Shown here piece after piece: positions 14,307 through 22,621 of a stretch of 24,933 nucleotides of DNA. The DNA is taken from contig CAYRPW010000002.1 of the NCBI GenBank assembly GCA_964426145.1, positions 1 through 24,933 on the forward strand, in the 5' to 3' direction. Each line of letters opens with the position of its first letter. Within the stretch, counting starts at the first letter, position 1. Under the pieces are notes generated by a model. It searched no databases. It had not been told where the DNA came from and saw only the letters and a list, made by a program, of their open reading frames with translations. The stretch is from an uncultured Oscillospiraceae bacterium (GTDB taxonomy: Bacteria; Bacillota; Clostridia; Christensenellales; Aristaeellaceae). Made by a program: the position numbers and the translations under genes.

Positions 14307-16193
14307 TTGCGGGGGAGTTTGCGCAGGGTTTGGCTGGCGGTACTCGTGGCCGTGCTTGCGGCGGTGCTTGCTTCCTGCAGCGCGCTGGTCGTGCGGGAAC
14401 TGCCGCTGGACAAGCGCCTGGAAGACGACGTGCTGACCTATCTGCGCTCCCGCGCGGGCGACGCGGTGGAACTCTACAAACTGACCATCGACAGCCGGGA
14501 CTACCGGGAAGCGCAGGGCACCCTCGCCTACGAGTGCACCGCGATGCTGACCTGGGACCCGTTCAGCCAGACGGCTGAACAGCAGATCCGCCTTTCCTAC
14601 CGGCTGACGGACGACGCCTGGGTTCTCGTGTCGGCGGACAGCGACATTACCCAGGAGGATCTGGACGCCCGGCTGACCATGCACAGCCTGTTTGTGGAAA
14701 CGGTCGACCTTCCCTCCGCCGTGCTCAACGCGCTGACGGGCGCGGATACCCCGATGTCGGACACGCTGTTCGATTTCACGGCGCAGCTGCACGGGCGCGT
14801 GTACCGCTTCCCCTGCCCGTATGCGGACCTTATTCTCAGCGGCTGGGAAATCGCCCCGGATTCGGATATCACCATGCTCACCACCATCGCGGCGCAGTCC
14901 TTCATCACCGTTCCCATGGAAAACGAAGGCGAAACGGTGACCTTCTACGTCGCCAACCAGACGGCGAGCACCATCTATGCCGGGGCGGGCATGTGCGTGG
15001 GCGGCATCGTCCGCTCGCCAAACGCCGCGGTAACGCTTGCGGGCGGCATCACCGCCCAGTCCGCGGCGGAAGACGTGCTTGCGGCCTACGGAACGCCCAC
15101 GGCGGATGAAACCGCCGAAACCGGGCGCAAACTCACCTATCAGGCGTCGGCCAACAACCGCATCAGCTTCCTGTTCTCCGATACGGGAACGCAGATCGTG
15201 CTGTTCACCCTGAAAAAGCAAACGGCCAAGGTGCAGCCGGCCGAACTGTTTACTTCGTACCGGTTCACCTTCACGCTGGAGGGCAGGGATTACGCCCTGC
15301 CAACCCGCCTGGACAGCCTTCTTAACAACGGCTGGACGATCGCGGGAACGCAGAAATCCACCGATGCGATCGCCTGGTACGAAAGCCGGGAGCTGACCCT
15401 GCAAAAGGGAACCGCAAGCGTTGACGTGGTGGTCAACAACCTGACCATGGGCGACTTGCGCCTGTACGCCGCAAGCGTAACGGGGATCACGCTGGACAAC
15501 AGCCGCGCGGCCTTCGCCCTGACGGACGTCAGAACCGGCGTAAGCGACGTGCGGTCCACCCGGACCTACGCGCAGATCCTGACGGCGCTGGGCGAGCCCA
15601 GCGACACCGATGCGGCGGCGCAGACCGCAACCTACCGTACGGACGACGGCCGCTCGGTAAGCCTCACCGCGCAGGAGGCGGGCGTCGTGCTCACGCTGCA
15701 GGCCGCCGAGGCGGACGACGAGGCGACCGGCACCCTTGCGGATACGGCGCTGCGGGTGAACGTAGGCGGCAACGCCTACACCCTTCCCGCCGACGCGTCG
15801 CTATTCCGGGATAACGCGTGGATCCCCCAGCGCGGCTGGCAGCAGCTCGTGGGCAGCGGCAGCTTCGTGCAAATGGACATGGAGGGCCGCAGGGCGGAAA
15901 CGGTCACCGCGTACTTCATCAACACGGGCGCGGACACGCAAACGCTGGCAACCTGCCGCATCGGCGGGCTGTACGCAGGCCCGGGCGCGGCCGATATCAT
16001 CGTCAGCCGGTCCGTGCAGCAGGAAGCGGAAATTGCCGAGGCGTTCAACATTCTGGGCATCCCGGCGTTCGATCTGCAGGACGGCGGCTACCGGTACCTG
16101 GTATACGGCACGTCGGTCAACCACTTCCTGTGCCTCCGGTGTTCGGGCGATCTGATCGACGCCCTGTGGATCGTATGCTTTACGTATCATTGA
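14307..16193 (+). CDS. Lipoprotein of unknown function with three ~162-aa internal repeats
   Basis: TTG start after the SD GGAGGAG; lipobox LASC. Repeats with the pattern xxLxGxxYxLP...LxxxxW start at 14769, 15258 and 15744. Confidence 0.75.
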   Translation: MRGSLRRVWLAVLVAVLAAVLASCSALVVRELPLDKRLEDDVLTYLRSRAGDAVELYKLTIDSRDYREAQGTLAYECTAMLTWDPFSQTAEQQIRLSYRLTDDAWVLVSADSDITQEDLDARLTMHSLFVETVDLPSAVLNALTGADTPMSDTLFDFTAQLHGRVYRFPCPYADLILSGWEIAPDSDITMLTTIAAQSFITVPMENEGETVTFYVANQTASTIYAGAGMCVGGIVRSPNAAVTLAGGITAQSAAEDVLAAYGTPTADETAETGRKLTYQASANNRISFLFSDTGTQIVLFTLKKQTAKVQPAELFTSYRFTFTLEGRDYALPTRLDSLLNNGWTIAGTQKSTDAIAWYESRELTLQKGTASVDVVVNNLTMGDLRLYAASVTGITLDNSRAAFALTDVRTGVSDVRSTRTYAQILTALGEPSDTDAAAQTATYRTDDGRSVSLTAQEAGVVLTLQAAEADDEATGTLADTALRVNVGGNAYTLPADASLFRDNAWIPQRGWQQLVGSGSFVQMDMEGRRAETVTAYFINTGADTQTLATCRIGGLYAGPGAADIIVSRSVQQEAEIAEAFNILGIPAFDLQDGGYRYLVYGTSVNHFLCLRCSGDLIDALWIVCFTYH

Positions 16194-16235
16194 GATTTTG
16201 AACTGTCACAGACAGTGAAAAGGAGCAGCCAGAAC

Positions 16236-17753
16236 ATGGGTGAGAAGAACCAGAACCAGACCCAGATCGAAAAGCTCATTGAAATGGCTAACCAGCTGGA
16301 GCAGCGGGAGCTTGCGCTCAGCCGGGAGACCCGGTACCTGGAGGAAATGAAGGCGTCGCTGGAAGCGCAGGAGAAGAAATTCTCCGCCGTCAAGGCGGAG
16401 CGCCCCGAAGGAGTGTTCCAGGAGGGGCAGGCTCCGCAGCCTAAGCCTGTGCTCCGGGAAAAACCAATAGGCCAGCCCGCGGCGGAGGTGCAGCCCGCAC
16501 CTAAACCCGCAGTGCGCCAGGCGGCTGCCGCGCCCGCGTCCCAGCCCGTACGGCAGGCTGCCGCCGCGCCCGTATCCGCGCCCCAGCCCATGCGCCAGGC
16601 GGCTCCCGCGCCCGTATCCGCGCCGATGGCCGTATCCGCGCCTGCCGCGCAGAAACCCGTGCCGCAGAAATCCGCCGCCGATGCCGTTACGGAAATCAAC
16701 CAGATTTTGCAGTCCATTTTCTGGGACTATTCCAACAGCGTACACCAGATCAGCTCGCAGCTATCCACGGTAACGGCGGCCATGATGTGCGCGGCGGTGA
16801 CCTGCGTGCTGGAAAACCGCGGCTTCAACACCAAGGACGTTTTCCTGCAGGAAATGGAAAAGCTGCTGCAAAGCGGCGGTTTTGGCAGCTCCTGCGGCGT
16901 TGCGGCGGAACGCCCCGCGCGGCCTGCGCCTGTAACCCGGCCTGCCGCGGAAACCCCCGCGCCGGCGGCGGCCAAACCATACGCTCCCGCCGTTGCCGTT
17001 CCCGCCCCCAAGCCCCCCACGCTGGACGCGGATGAGGACGACGACGACGTTATGGCCGCGGGCGGCATGCCGATGCCCCAGCAGCAGGAGGCGGGCGTCG
17101 TGCGGATCAACAGCCTGTCGGAATTCCAGAAACTCGGCGAATACGGCTTCCGCAACGATGAGAAAATCGTCCGCGTGGAACTTCCGGAGGGCGTGCAGCA
17201 TCTGCCGGGGAGCTTCTTCTACGGCTGCAGCAACCTGGTGGAAGTATGGCTGCCGGACTCGCTGCAGGAAATCGGGCCCTACGCGTTCTACGGCTGCGAA
17301 TCTCTGGAGACCGTGCATATGAGCGACAACGCCACGCTTTTGGAAATCGGCGAGTATGCGTTTGCCATGTGCTCGTCGCTTGTGTCGTTTACGGTTCCGG
17401 CCTCGGTGGAAACGCTGGGCACCAGCGTGTTCCGCTTCTGCGCGAAGCTGGAAAAAGTAAGCTTCTCCCGGGAGAGCAAGCTGCAGACCATCGGCAGCCA
17501 CCTGCTGCAAAACTGCACGGCGCTGGATAAGATGCGCCTGCCCGATTCCATTGCCGTGATCCCCACCAGCATGTTCTACGGCTGTTCCAGCCTGAGAAAG
17601 GTGGTTGCCAAGGGCGTGGATACCATCGAAGACTACGCCTTCTACGGCAACGAAGCGCTGCGCCTCATCCGCATCCGCACCAAGAAGAGCATATCGGCCC
17701 AGGCGTTTGAAGGCTGCGATCCGTCCCTGGAAATCGAGTACCTGAATTATTAA
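16236..17753 (+). CDS. BspA/TpLRR-type leucine-rich-repeat protein with N-terminal coiled coil and Pro/Ala-rich linkers
   Basis: About 8 repeats of LxxVxLPxSLxxIGxxAFxGCxx at 17166-17750. The ATG at 16236 after AGGAG is preferred over the track's GTG at 16215. No signal peptide is visible. Confidence 0.85.
   Translation: MGEKNQNQTQIEKLIEMANQLEQRELALSRETRYLEEMKASLEAQEKKFSAVKAERPEGVFQEGQAPQPKPVLREKPIGQPAAEVQPAPKPAVRQAAAAPASQPVRQAAAAPVSAPQPMRQAAPAPVSAPMAVSAPAAQKPVPQKSAADAVTEINQILQSIFWDYSNSVHQISSQLSTVTAAMMCAAVTCVLENRGFNTKDVFLQEMEKLLQSGGFGSSCGVAAERPARPAPVTRPAAETPAPAAAKPYAPAVAVPAPKPPTLDADEDDDDVMAAGGMPMPQQQEAGVVRINSLSEFQKLGEYGFRNDEKIVRVELPEGVQHLPGSFFYGCSNLVEVWLPDSLQEIGPYAFYGCESLETVHMSDNATLLEIGEYAFAMCSSLVSFTVPASVETLGTSVFRFCAKLEKVSFSRESKLQTIGSHLLQNCTALDKMRLPDSIAVIPTSMFYGCSSLRKVVAKGVDTIEDYAFYGNEALRLIRIRTKKSISAQAFEGCDPSLEIEYLNY
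16512..16643 (+). repeat. In-frame tandem repeat encoding (V/M)RQAA(A/P)AP(V)S(A)(PQ)P
   Basis: Units at 16512-16547, 16548-16589 and 16590-16625, plus a partial unit at 16626-16643; shared cores CAGGC and CCGTATCCGCGCC. Confidence 0.8.
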
Positions 17754-17846
17754 GCGGGCGTCGGGCGGCGGGTAACGCGGCCCGCCATTGCGCACAGGCG
17801 GCTTGGCCGCGTCAAACAGGCGGCCGGACCGCCAATCGTGGAATGG

Positions 17847-17873
17847 AGATTGGGAGCCGCGGGCTCCCAATCT
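17847..17873 (+). terminator. Strong hairpin just upstream of the SMP-30 ribosome-binding site
   Basis: Perfect 12-bp stem AGATTGGGAGCC / GGCTCCCAATCT with a GCG loop, followed by TTGT. It ends 5 nt before the SD (GGGAGGA). Confidence 0.55.
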
Positions 17874-17888
17874 TTGTCGGGAGGATGT

Positions 17889-18767
17889 ATGCGTCAGTAT
17901 CCGGAAGCGGAACTCTTGCTGGACGCGCAGGCGGTGCTGGGGGAAAGCGCGTTGTGGCGCGCACAGACGCAGGCGCTTCACTGGGTGGACATTGTGAAAG
18001 CCGAGGTGCACACGCTGCGCGTGCCCACCATGAAACACACGTGGTTTTCCACCGCCCAGGCAACGGGCGCCATCGTACCCGCGCCGGACGGCGGCTTCGC
18101 CGCGGCGCTGGCCACGGGGTTTTACCGGCTGGACAGCCGGGGCCCCGTCCGCCGCATTGCCGAGCCGGACGGCCTGGTGCCGATGTTTCGCTGTAACGAC
18201 GGCAAGTGCGACCGCCTTGGCCGGTTTTGGGCGGGCACGCAGATCCTGCGCGACGAAATGAAGGGCCGCGGCTTTTTCTGGTGCCTGGATACGGACGGCA
18301 CCGTGCGCACGGCGCTTACGGGCATTACCACGTCCAACGGCCTTGCCTGGAATGCGGACGATACCGTGCTGTATTACATCGATACGCCTACGTTCCGGGT
18401 CACGGCCTTCGATTTTGATCTGGAACACGGCACGCTTGGCGCGGGGCGGGTCTGCGTGAGCGTTCCCGAAGCGTACGGCTACCCGGACGGCATGACCGTC
18501 GACCGGGAGGGCATGCTTTGGGTTGCGCATTGGATGGGCGGCGCCGTGCGGCGGTATGACCCGCGCACGGGCGCGTGCATCGGCGTGCTTCCGGTTCCCG
18601 CGTCCAAGGTCACCAGTTGCTGCTTCGGCGGCCCGGACCTCGATATTCTCTACATCACCACCGCCCGGGAAGAGACCGTCGCGGCGGACGAGCCCCTTGC
18701 GGGCGGCATCTTCCAGGCCCGCGTCGGGGTGAGCGGGTACGAGGCGTTTTTCTACCGGGGAATATAG
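17889..18767 (+). CDS. SMP-30/gluconolactonase/LRE-family protein
   Basis: LGESALW, LHWVDI, RCNDGKCDRLGRFWAGT, SNGLAW, LYYIDT, PDGMTVDREGMLWVA and VTSCCFGG motifs. Start moved to the ATG at 17889, which follows the SD GGAGGA. Confidence 0.93.
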   Translation: MRQYPEAELLLDAQAVLGESALWRAQTQALHWVDIVKAEVHTLRVPTMKHTWFSTAQATGAIVPAPDGGFAAALATGFYRLDSRGPVRRIAEPDGLVPMFRCNDGKCDRLGRFWAGTQILRDEMKGRGFFWCLDTDGTVRTALTGITTSNGLAWNADDTVLYYIDTPTFRVTAFDFDLEHGTLGAGRVCVSVPEAYGYPDGMTVDREGMLWVAHWMGGAVRRYDPRTGACIGVLPVPASKVTSCCFGGPDLDILYITTAREETVAADEPLAGGIFQARVGVSGYEAFFYRGI

Positions 18768-18800
18768 CAGCGCAGCGCCTGTACGTGCTGTGCAAGAATC

Positions 18801-18830
18801 AAAAAGCCGCGGCATTTCGCCGCGGTTTTT
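18801..18830. terminator. Bidirectional Rho-independent terminator
   Basis: AAAAAGCCGCGGC-ATTTC-GCCGCGGTTTTT between convergent genes. Confidence 0.85.
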
Positions 18831-18880
18831 GTGTTCGTGTCGTTACCTCCGGCCTGCCGGAAGTGATATGGCGTAGCGTT

Positions 18881-21013
18881 TTAGTCCGCGTCCGCCGGCG
18901 GCGCGGCGTACGCCGCGCGGTAGGCTTGGGCAAGGCCCGCGTCCAAAACGTAAATGCGCATGCTGCCTTCCTCGATCACCTGGTCGTCCGGGAGGGTGGC
19001 AAGGTAGTCGCTGAGCGTGGATTCGGCAAAGAAACGGTTGTCCCAGAAATCCGGTTCGGTCGCCACGGCGGCAACGTTCCACTTCGCAAGCTCGCCGGGG
19101 ATTTCGGCAAGCGAAAGGTTTAACAGCGGCGCGACGGGGTTGGCGGTCAGCAGCAGCGCGCGGGAGTGAATGGGGTACTGGTAGCTGTCCCGGGTGATCA
19201 GCAGGTTCTGGCCGTCCTCAAGCAGCGCGCTGAAGCGCATCAGCGCGCCGTACCGGGTTTGCATATAGTTGTCCTGCGCGTACAGCGGGTCGGTAAGCGT
19301 CGGGCGGCCATAGCGGTAAAAGCTCGCGGAGTAGCCGGTTTCCCGGATGCCTTCCGCAAACCAGCCCACGCACAAAAGCGCGCACGCGAAGGCGGGGATT
19401 TGTTTGGTCCACAGCGGGCAGGACGCGCGCTTCGCCTTTTTCTGCACGAAGGCTTGAATCGAAGGCCATTTGTCCTCCAGGTACGCGCCCGCCGCGGCGA
19501 TCATCACGCACGCGAACAGGTACCACTGCAGCGTGTAGCGCTGGAGCTTCAAAAACGTGCCGGAAAAGCTGTAGAAGCTCGTATCCAGCAGGCCCGTCAT
19601 CGGCGCGAGGGTGAACAGCGTCATCAGGGCGATCATCAGCGGGGTCAGGTCGGGCGCGGGCTGCAACAGCGCCGCCTGGCTGCGCCTGCGCCGCCACAGC
19701 AGCCAGAGTAACCCGCACAACAGCGCGCACAGCGCAAGCCGCAGCCCCCAAATTCCCACGGGCGTGGCGTACGCCATCACGATGTCGTATTTCGCTTCCC
19801 AGAAGTTCAGGCTCGTGGTGGTTTCCTCCAGCCGGTATTCCATGCGCAGGTAGGTGTCAAACCACGGCGCGCTTGTAAACGTGTTCAGGATGCGAAACGG
19901 CGACAGCTCCCCCCACGTCCGGTAGCACCAGAGGTTGCCCGAGAAGGCGAGCAGCACGCCCGCCGCGCCGCTCAGCGCCACGCCCGCGGTTTTGAAAAAC
20001 GCCGGGACCGGCTTCTGCTTTTGCAAAACGGCTTCCGTGAATACGGCGATCGCCCAGGCGGCCACGAGGAAGGGAAGCACCACGAAGCACACCACGTGCG
20101 CGCTCATCACCGTAAAGCAAACCGCGAACGAAAATAAAAGCGCGGGCAGGTATCGCCATCCCTTGCCGGGCCGCAGATCGATAAACGCAAGCGCCGCCAG
20201 AACAAGCGCAAGGCAGCGCCAGGTATCGCGCGGGGCGCTCGCCACGGAAAACACAAGATTAGGAACGAGGTTCAAAAGCAGCAGCGCGGGCATCAGCCAC
20301 CGGAGTTTTCCCCGCAGCACACGCAGGCACAGCGCGACGAACGCCGCCAGCAGATAGAAAACCAGCATGCCGACCGCCGTGAACATGGGTTTGTCGTAGG
20401 GGTATCCGGCAACGCCCGCGTTATGCATCAGCCCGTAGGCCATGTACAGCTCCAGCGACGGAAAGTGCGCGTTTCCGCGGTAATCCGTCTGCGTGTCGGC
20501 CTTGGTAAACAGGGCCTCGGTATCGCGGTCCTCGGTATAGCGCAGGGCCAGGCCCATAAACTCGCCGGAGTCGGCCTGGGCGGAGATCGTGGAGGTCGCA
20601 AACCGGACGCACATAGGCGTCAGCAGCAGAAGCATCGCCAGCGCCAGCGCGGCCGATACGGCCGCCGCCCGGTCGAACTGGATTTTCCGGACCGCCGCAA
20701 ACCCGCCCCGGAGCAGCGCTATGAAGCGTTTGCGGATTTTGAACAGCAGGAAGCAAAGATAGAAAGCCGCGGCCAGCGGCGGCACGCCAACGTACACAAG
20801 CTGCGGCGCGGCGGGCCATAAAAGCGCGAGCACAAGCATCCACAGGTACTGGGCAAACGGCGTCGCCGCCGCGCCTGTCAAAAACGCCGCTACGCGGTGC
20901 TCCCGCATCCAGCGTTTGCGCGTGGCAAAAGCAAAACCCAGCGCCGCGGCTTGCGCAAGGCAGCTCAGCAAAAACAGATTGCGCCATCCGTTTCCAAGGT
21001 CCAGCCAGGTCAT
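18881..21013 (-). CDS. Large polytopic membrane protein, probable GT-C-fold (lipid-linked-donor) glycosyltransferase-like
   Basis: Start moved to the ATG at 21013 (SD GAAGGA); 710 aa. Many TM segments, an acidic external loop (QADSGEFMGLA, AHFPSLELY) and a soluble C-terminal domain. The membrane-protein call is secure; the GT-C call is inference. Confidence 0.6.
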   Translation of the reverse strand: MTWLDLGNGWRNLFLLSCLAQAAALGFAFATRKRWMREHRVAAFLTGAAATPFAQYLWMLVLALLWPAAPQLVYVGVPPLAAAFYLCFLLFKIRKRFIALLRGGFAAVRKIQFDRAAAVSAALALAMLLLLTPMCVRFATSTISAQADSGEFMGLALRYTEDRDTEALFTKADTQTDYRGNAHFPSLELYMAYGLMHNAGVAGYPYDKPMFTAVGMLVFYLLAAFVALCLRVLRGKLRWLMPALLLLNLVPNLVFSVASAPRDTWRCLALVLAALAFIDLRPGKGWRYLPALLFSFAVCFTVMSAHVVCFVVLPFLVAAWAIAVFTEAVLQKQKPVPAFFKTAGVALSGAAGVLLAFSGNLWCYRTWGELSPFRILNTFTSAPWFDTYLRMEYRLEETTTSLNFWEAKYDIVMAYATPVGIWGLRLALCALLCGLLWLLWRRRRSQAALLQPAPDLTPLMIALMTLFTLAPMTGLLDTSFYSFSGTFLKLQRYTLQWYLFACVMIAAAGAYLEDKWPSIQAFVQKKAKRASCPLWTKQIPAFACALLCVGWFAEGIRETGYSASFYRYGRPTLTDPLYAQDNYMQTRYGALMRFSALLEDGQNLLITRDSYQYPIHSRALLLTANPVAPLLNLSLAEIPGELAKWNVAAVATEPDFWDNRFFAESTLSDYLATLPDDQVIEEGSMRIYVLDAGLAQAYRAAYAAPPADAD

Positions 21014-21055
21014 GCGGTTTCCTTCTTTCGGCTGTGCTGATCGCGTTCGGTTTTC

Positions 21056-21085
21056 AGTATATCGTTCGCGGGGCGGGGTTGTCAA
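21056..21085 (-). promoter_or_regulatory. sigmaA promoter for the large membrane protein gene
   Basis: Minus strand: TTGACA (21085-21080), 18 bp, TATACT (21061-21056). Confidence 0.7.
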
Positions 21086-21152
21086 ACGCCCGGCCCCGCA
21101 ACCCGCCGCTTTGCGGCGCGGGATCGCCGCGCTTTCCTTTTTTTACTACTTA

Positions 21153-21161
21153 TGGTAGAAT
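21153..21161 (+). promoter_or_regulatory. Extended -10 element for the diguanylate cyclase gene
   Basis: TGG-TAGAAT (TGn + -10); no convincing -35. Confidence 0.4.
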
Positions 21162-21221
21162 AGCGTCAAACGTATCGGCAGCGTTTGGCTGCGCCGAAGC
21201 TAGACGATCAGAGGATAATTC

Positions 21222-22355
21222 ATGCTGCAGATCCGCTTCATTGAAAACATAGACCTTCTTTTGTTCAGCACGCTTCTCAATGCGATCATGTTCTGGTTTT
21301 TGCACCGGCAGAAAAGCAGGCAGAGCCATTCCACGAAGCTGTTTGAGCAGATGCTTTTATCCGTCGCCGCGGCGGGCTTTTTTGAAACGATCGCCTGGAT
21401 ATTCGCCATGCCGGAGGGCGCCGCGTTCCGGCCGCTGCATTACGCGGGAAACGTTCTGTTCTTCTCGTTCAACCTGCTGCCTGCGGCGCTGGGCCTCCGG
21501 TATCTGGATTACCTGGTTACCCTGTCCAAGGAGAAAAGCAAACGCAGACAATGGGTTTACTTGGCGCCGGTGATCATGAACGTCGGGTTTGTGATCGTCA
21601 ATCTGTTTTCGGACGGGTTCCTGTTTCGCATCGACGCGGAAAACGCCTACCACCGGGGCATTGCGGTGTATATCGGCAACGCCGCCACGCTATTTTTCGC
21701 GGTTGCCGTCGTGCTCTCGTTTTTCCGCAACCGGCAGCTGATCACCGGCCGCGTCACGCAGGTTATCCTCACGCTTACGCTGCTGCCCATCCTCGGGGTG
21801 GTGCTGCAGACGCTGTTTTTCGGATTGTCGTTCGGCATACCCGGCTATACGCTGGGTATTTTCATTTGCTTTCTGCTGATGGAGCGCGACGAGCTGCTCA
21901 AGGACCCGCTGACGCTGTTGAATTCCCGCGTGCAGATGGAAAACCGGCTGATGTACAAAATCAAATCCCGGGAACCCTTCACCGCCATTATGATCGACGT
22001 GAACGGGTTTAAGAACATCAACGATACCTTCGGCCACGCCATCGGCGACGAGGTGCTTAAGGACGTTTCCCGCATCCTGTTATCCAGCGCGAATTTCGAG
22101 GATTTCGTCTGCCGCTTCGGGGGCGACGAATTTTTCGTGATTCTCGAATCGCCCAAGGACATCGGCCAGTCCTACATCAAGCGGATCGACCAGATTCTTA
22201 CGGATTATTCCGCGGGCAAGCCCTTCGCAACGGGGCTGAGCTTCGGCTGTGTGTACGTCAACCACACCGTGCCTTACGACGTGGAGGAGCTGGTGAATTT
22301 GACCGACCAGCTGATGTATAAGGACAAGGAAAACCGCAAGCGGGAGTGTTTATAA
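21222..22355 (+). CDS. Membrane-bound diguanylate cyclase (GGDEF) with multi-TM sensor N-terminus
   Basis: About 6-7 TM helices; KDPLT, IDVNGFKNINDTFGHAIGDEVL and intact RFGGDEF; SD AGAGGA. Confidence 0.93.
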   Translation: MLQIRFIENIDLLLFSTLLNAIMFWFLHRQKSRQSHSTKLFEQMLLSVAAAGFFETIAWIFAMPEGAAFRPLHYAGNVLFFSFNLLPAALGLRYLDYLVTLSKEKSKRRQWVYLAPVIMNVGFVIVNLFSDGFLFRIDAENAYHRGIAVYIGNAATLFFAVAVVLSFFRNRQLITGRVTQVILTLTLLPILGVVLQTLFFGLSFGIPGYTLGIFICFLLMERDELLKDPLTLLNSRVQMENRLMYKIKSREPFTAIMIDVNGFKNINDTFGHAIGDEVLKDVSRILLSSANFEDFVCRFGGDEFFVILESPKDIGQSYIKRIDQILTDYSAGKPFATGLSFGCVYVNHTVPYDVEELVNLTDQLMYKDKENRKRECL

Positions 22356-22498
22356 GATACTCTGTAATTATTCCGCCCGCGCCGTGCGGCAAGGTTTCCA
22401 TAGGATTCCGCAAGCGGTTTCCCTGCGGTTCGCGCGGTGACCGGCGGCGCGGCGGCGTGTTTCGGCGGGTAAAAACGAAAAAAATGCACGCGGGCATC

Positions 22499-22527
22499 TT
22501 TACAGATGCCCCGCATTCGTGTACGAT
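22499..22527 (+). promoter_or_regulatory. Promoter for the mannanase fusion gene
   Basis: TTTACA (22499-22504), 17 bp, TACGAT (22522-22527). The -35 lies inside the inverted repeat GGGCATCT-TTAC-AGATGCCC (22492-22511). Confidence 0.55.
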
Positions 22528-22621
22528 AGAGTTACAATAAACCTATAAACTAGCTAACTGGTTAACAAACCGGTACTTGGGCGGTGCGGCACACTGCGGG
22601 CGAAAGCGAGTGGGCACGGGA

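Noticed and set aside
16761-18815. 684-aa minus-strand ORF
   Set aside because: Antisense to the LRR and SMP-30 genes, which have clear motifs and SD sites; low-complexity Arg/Ala/Gly translation.
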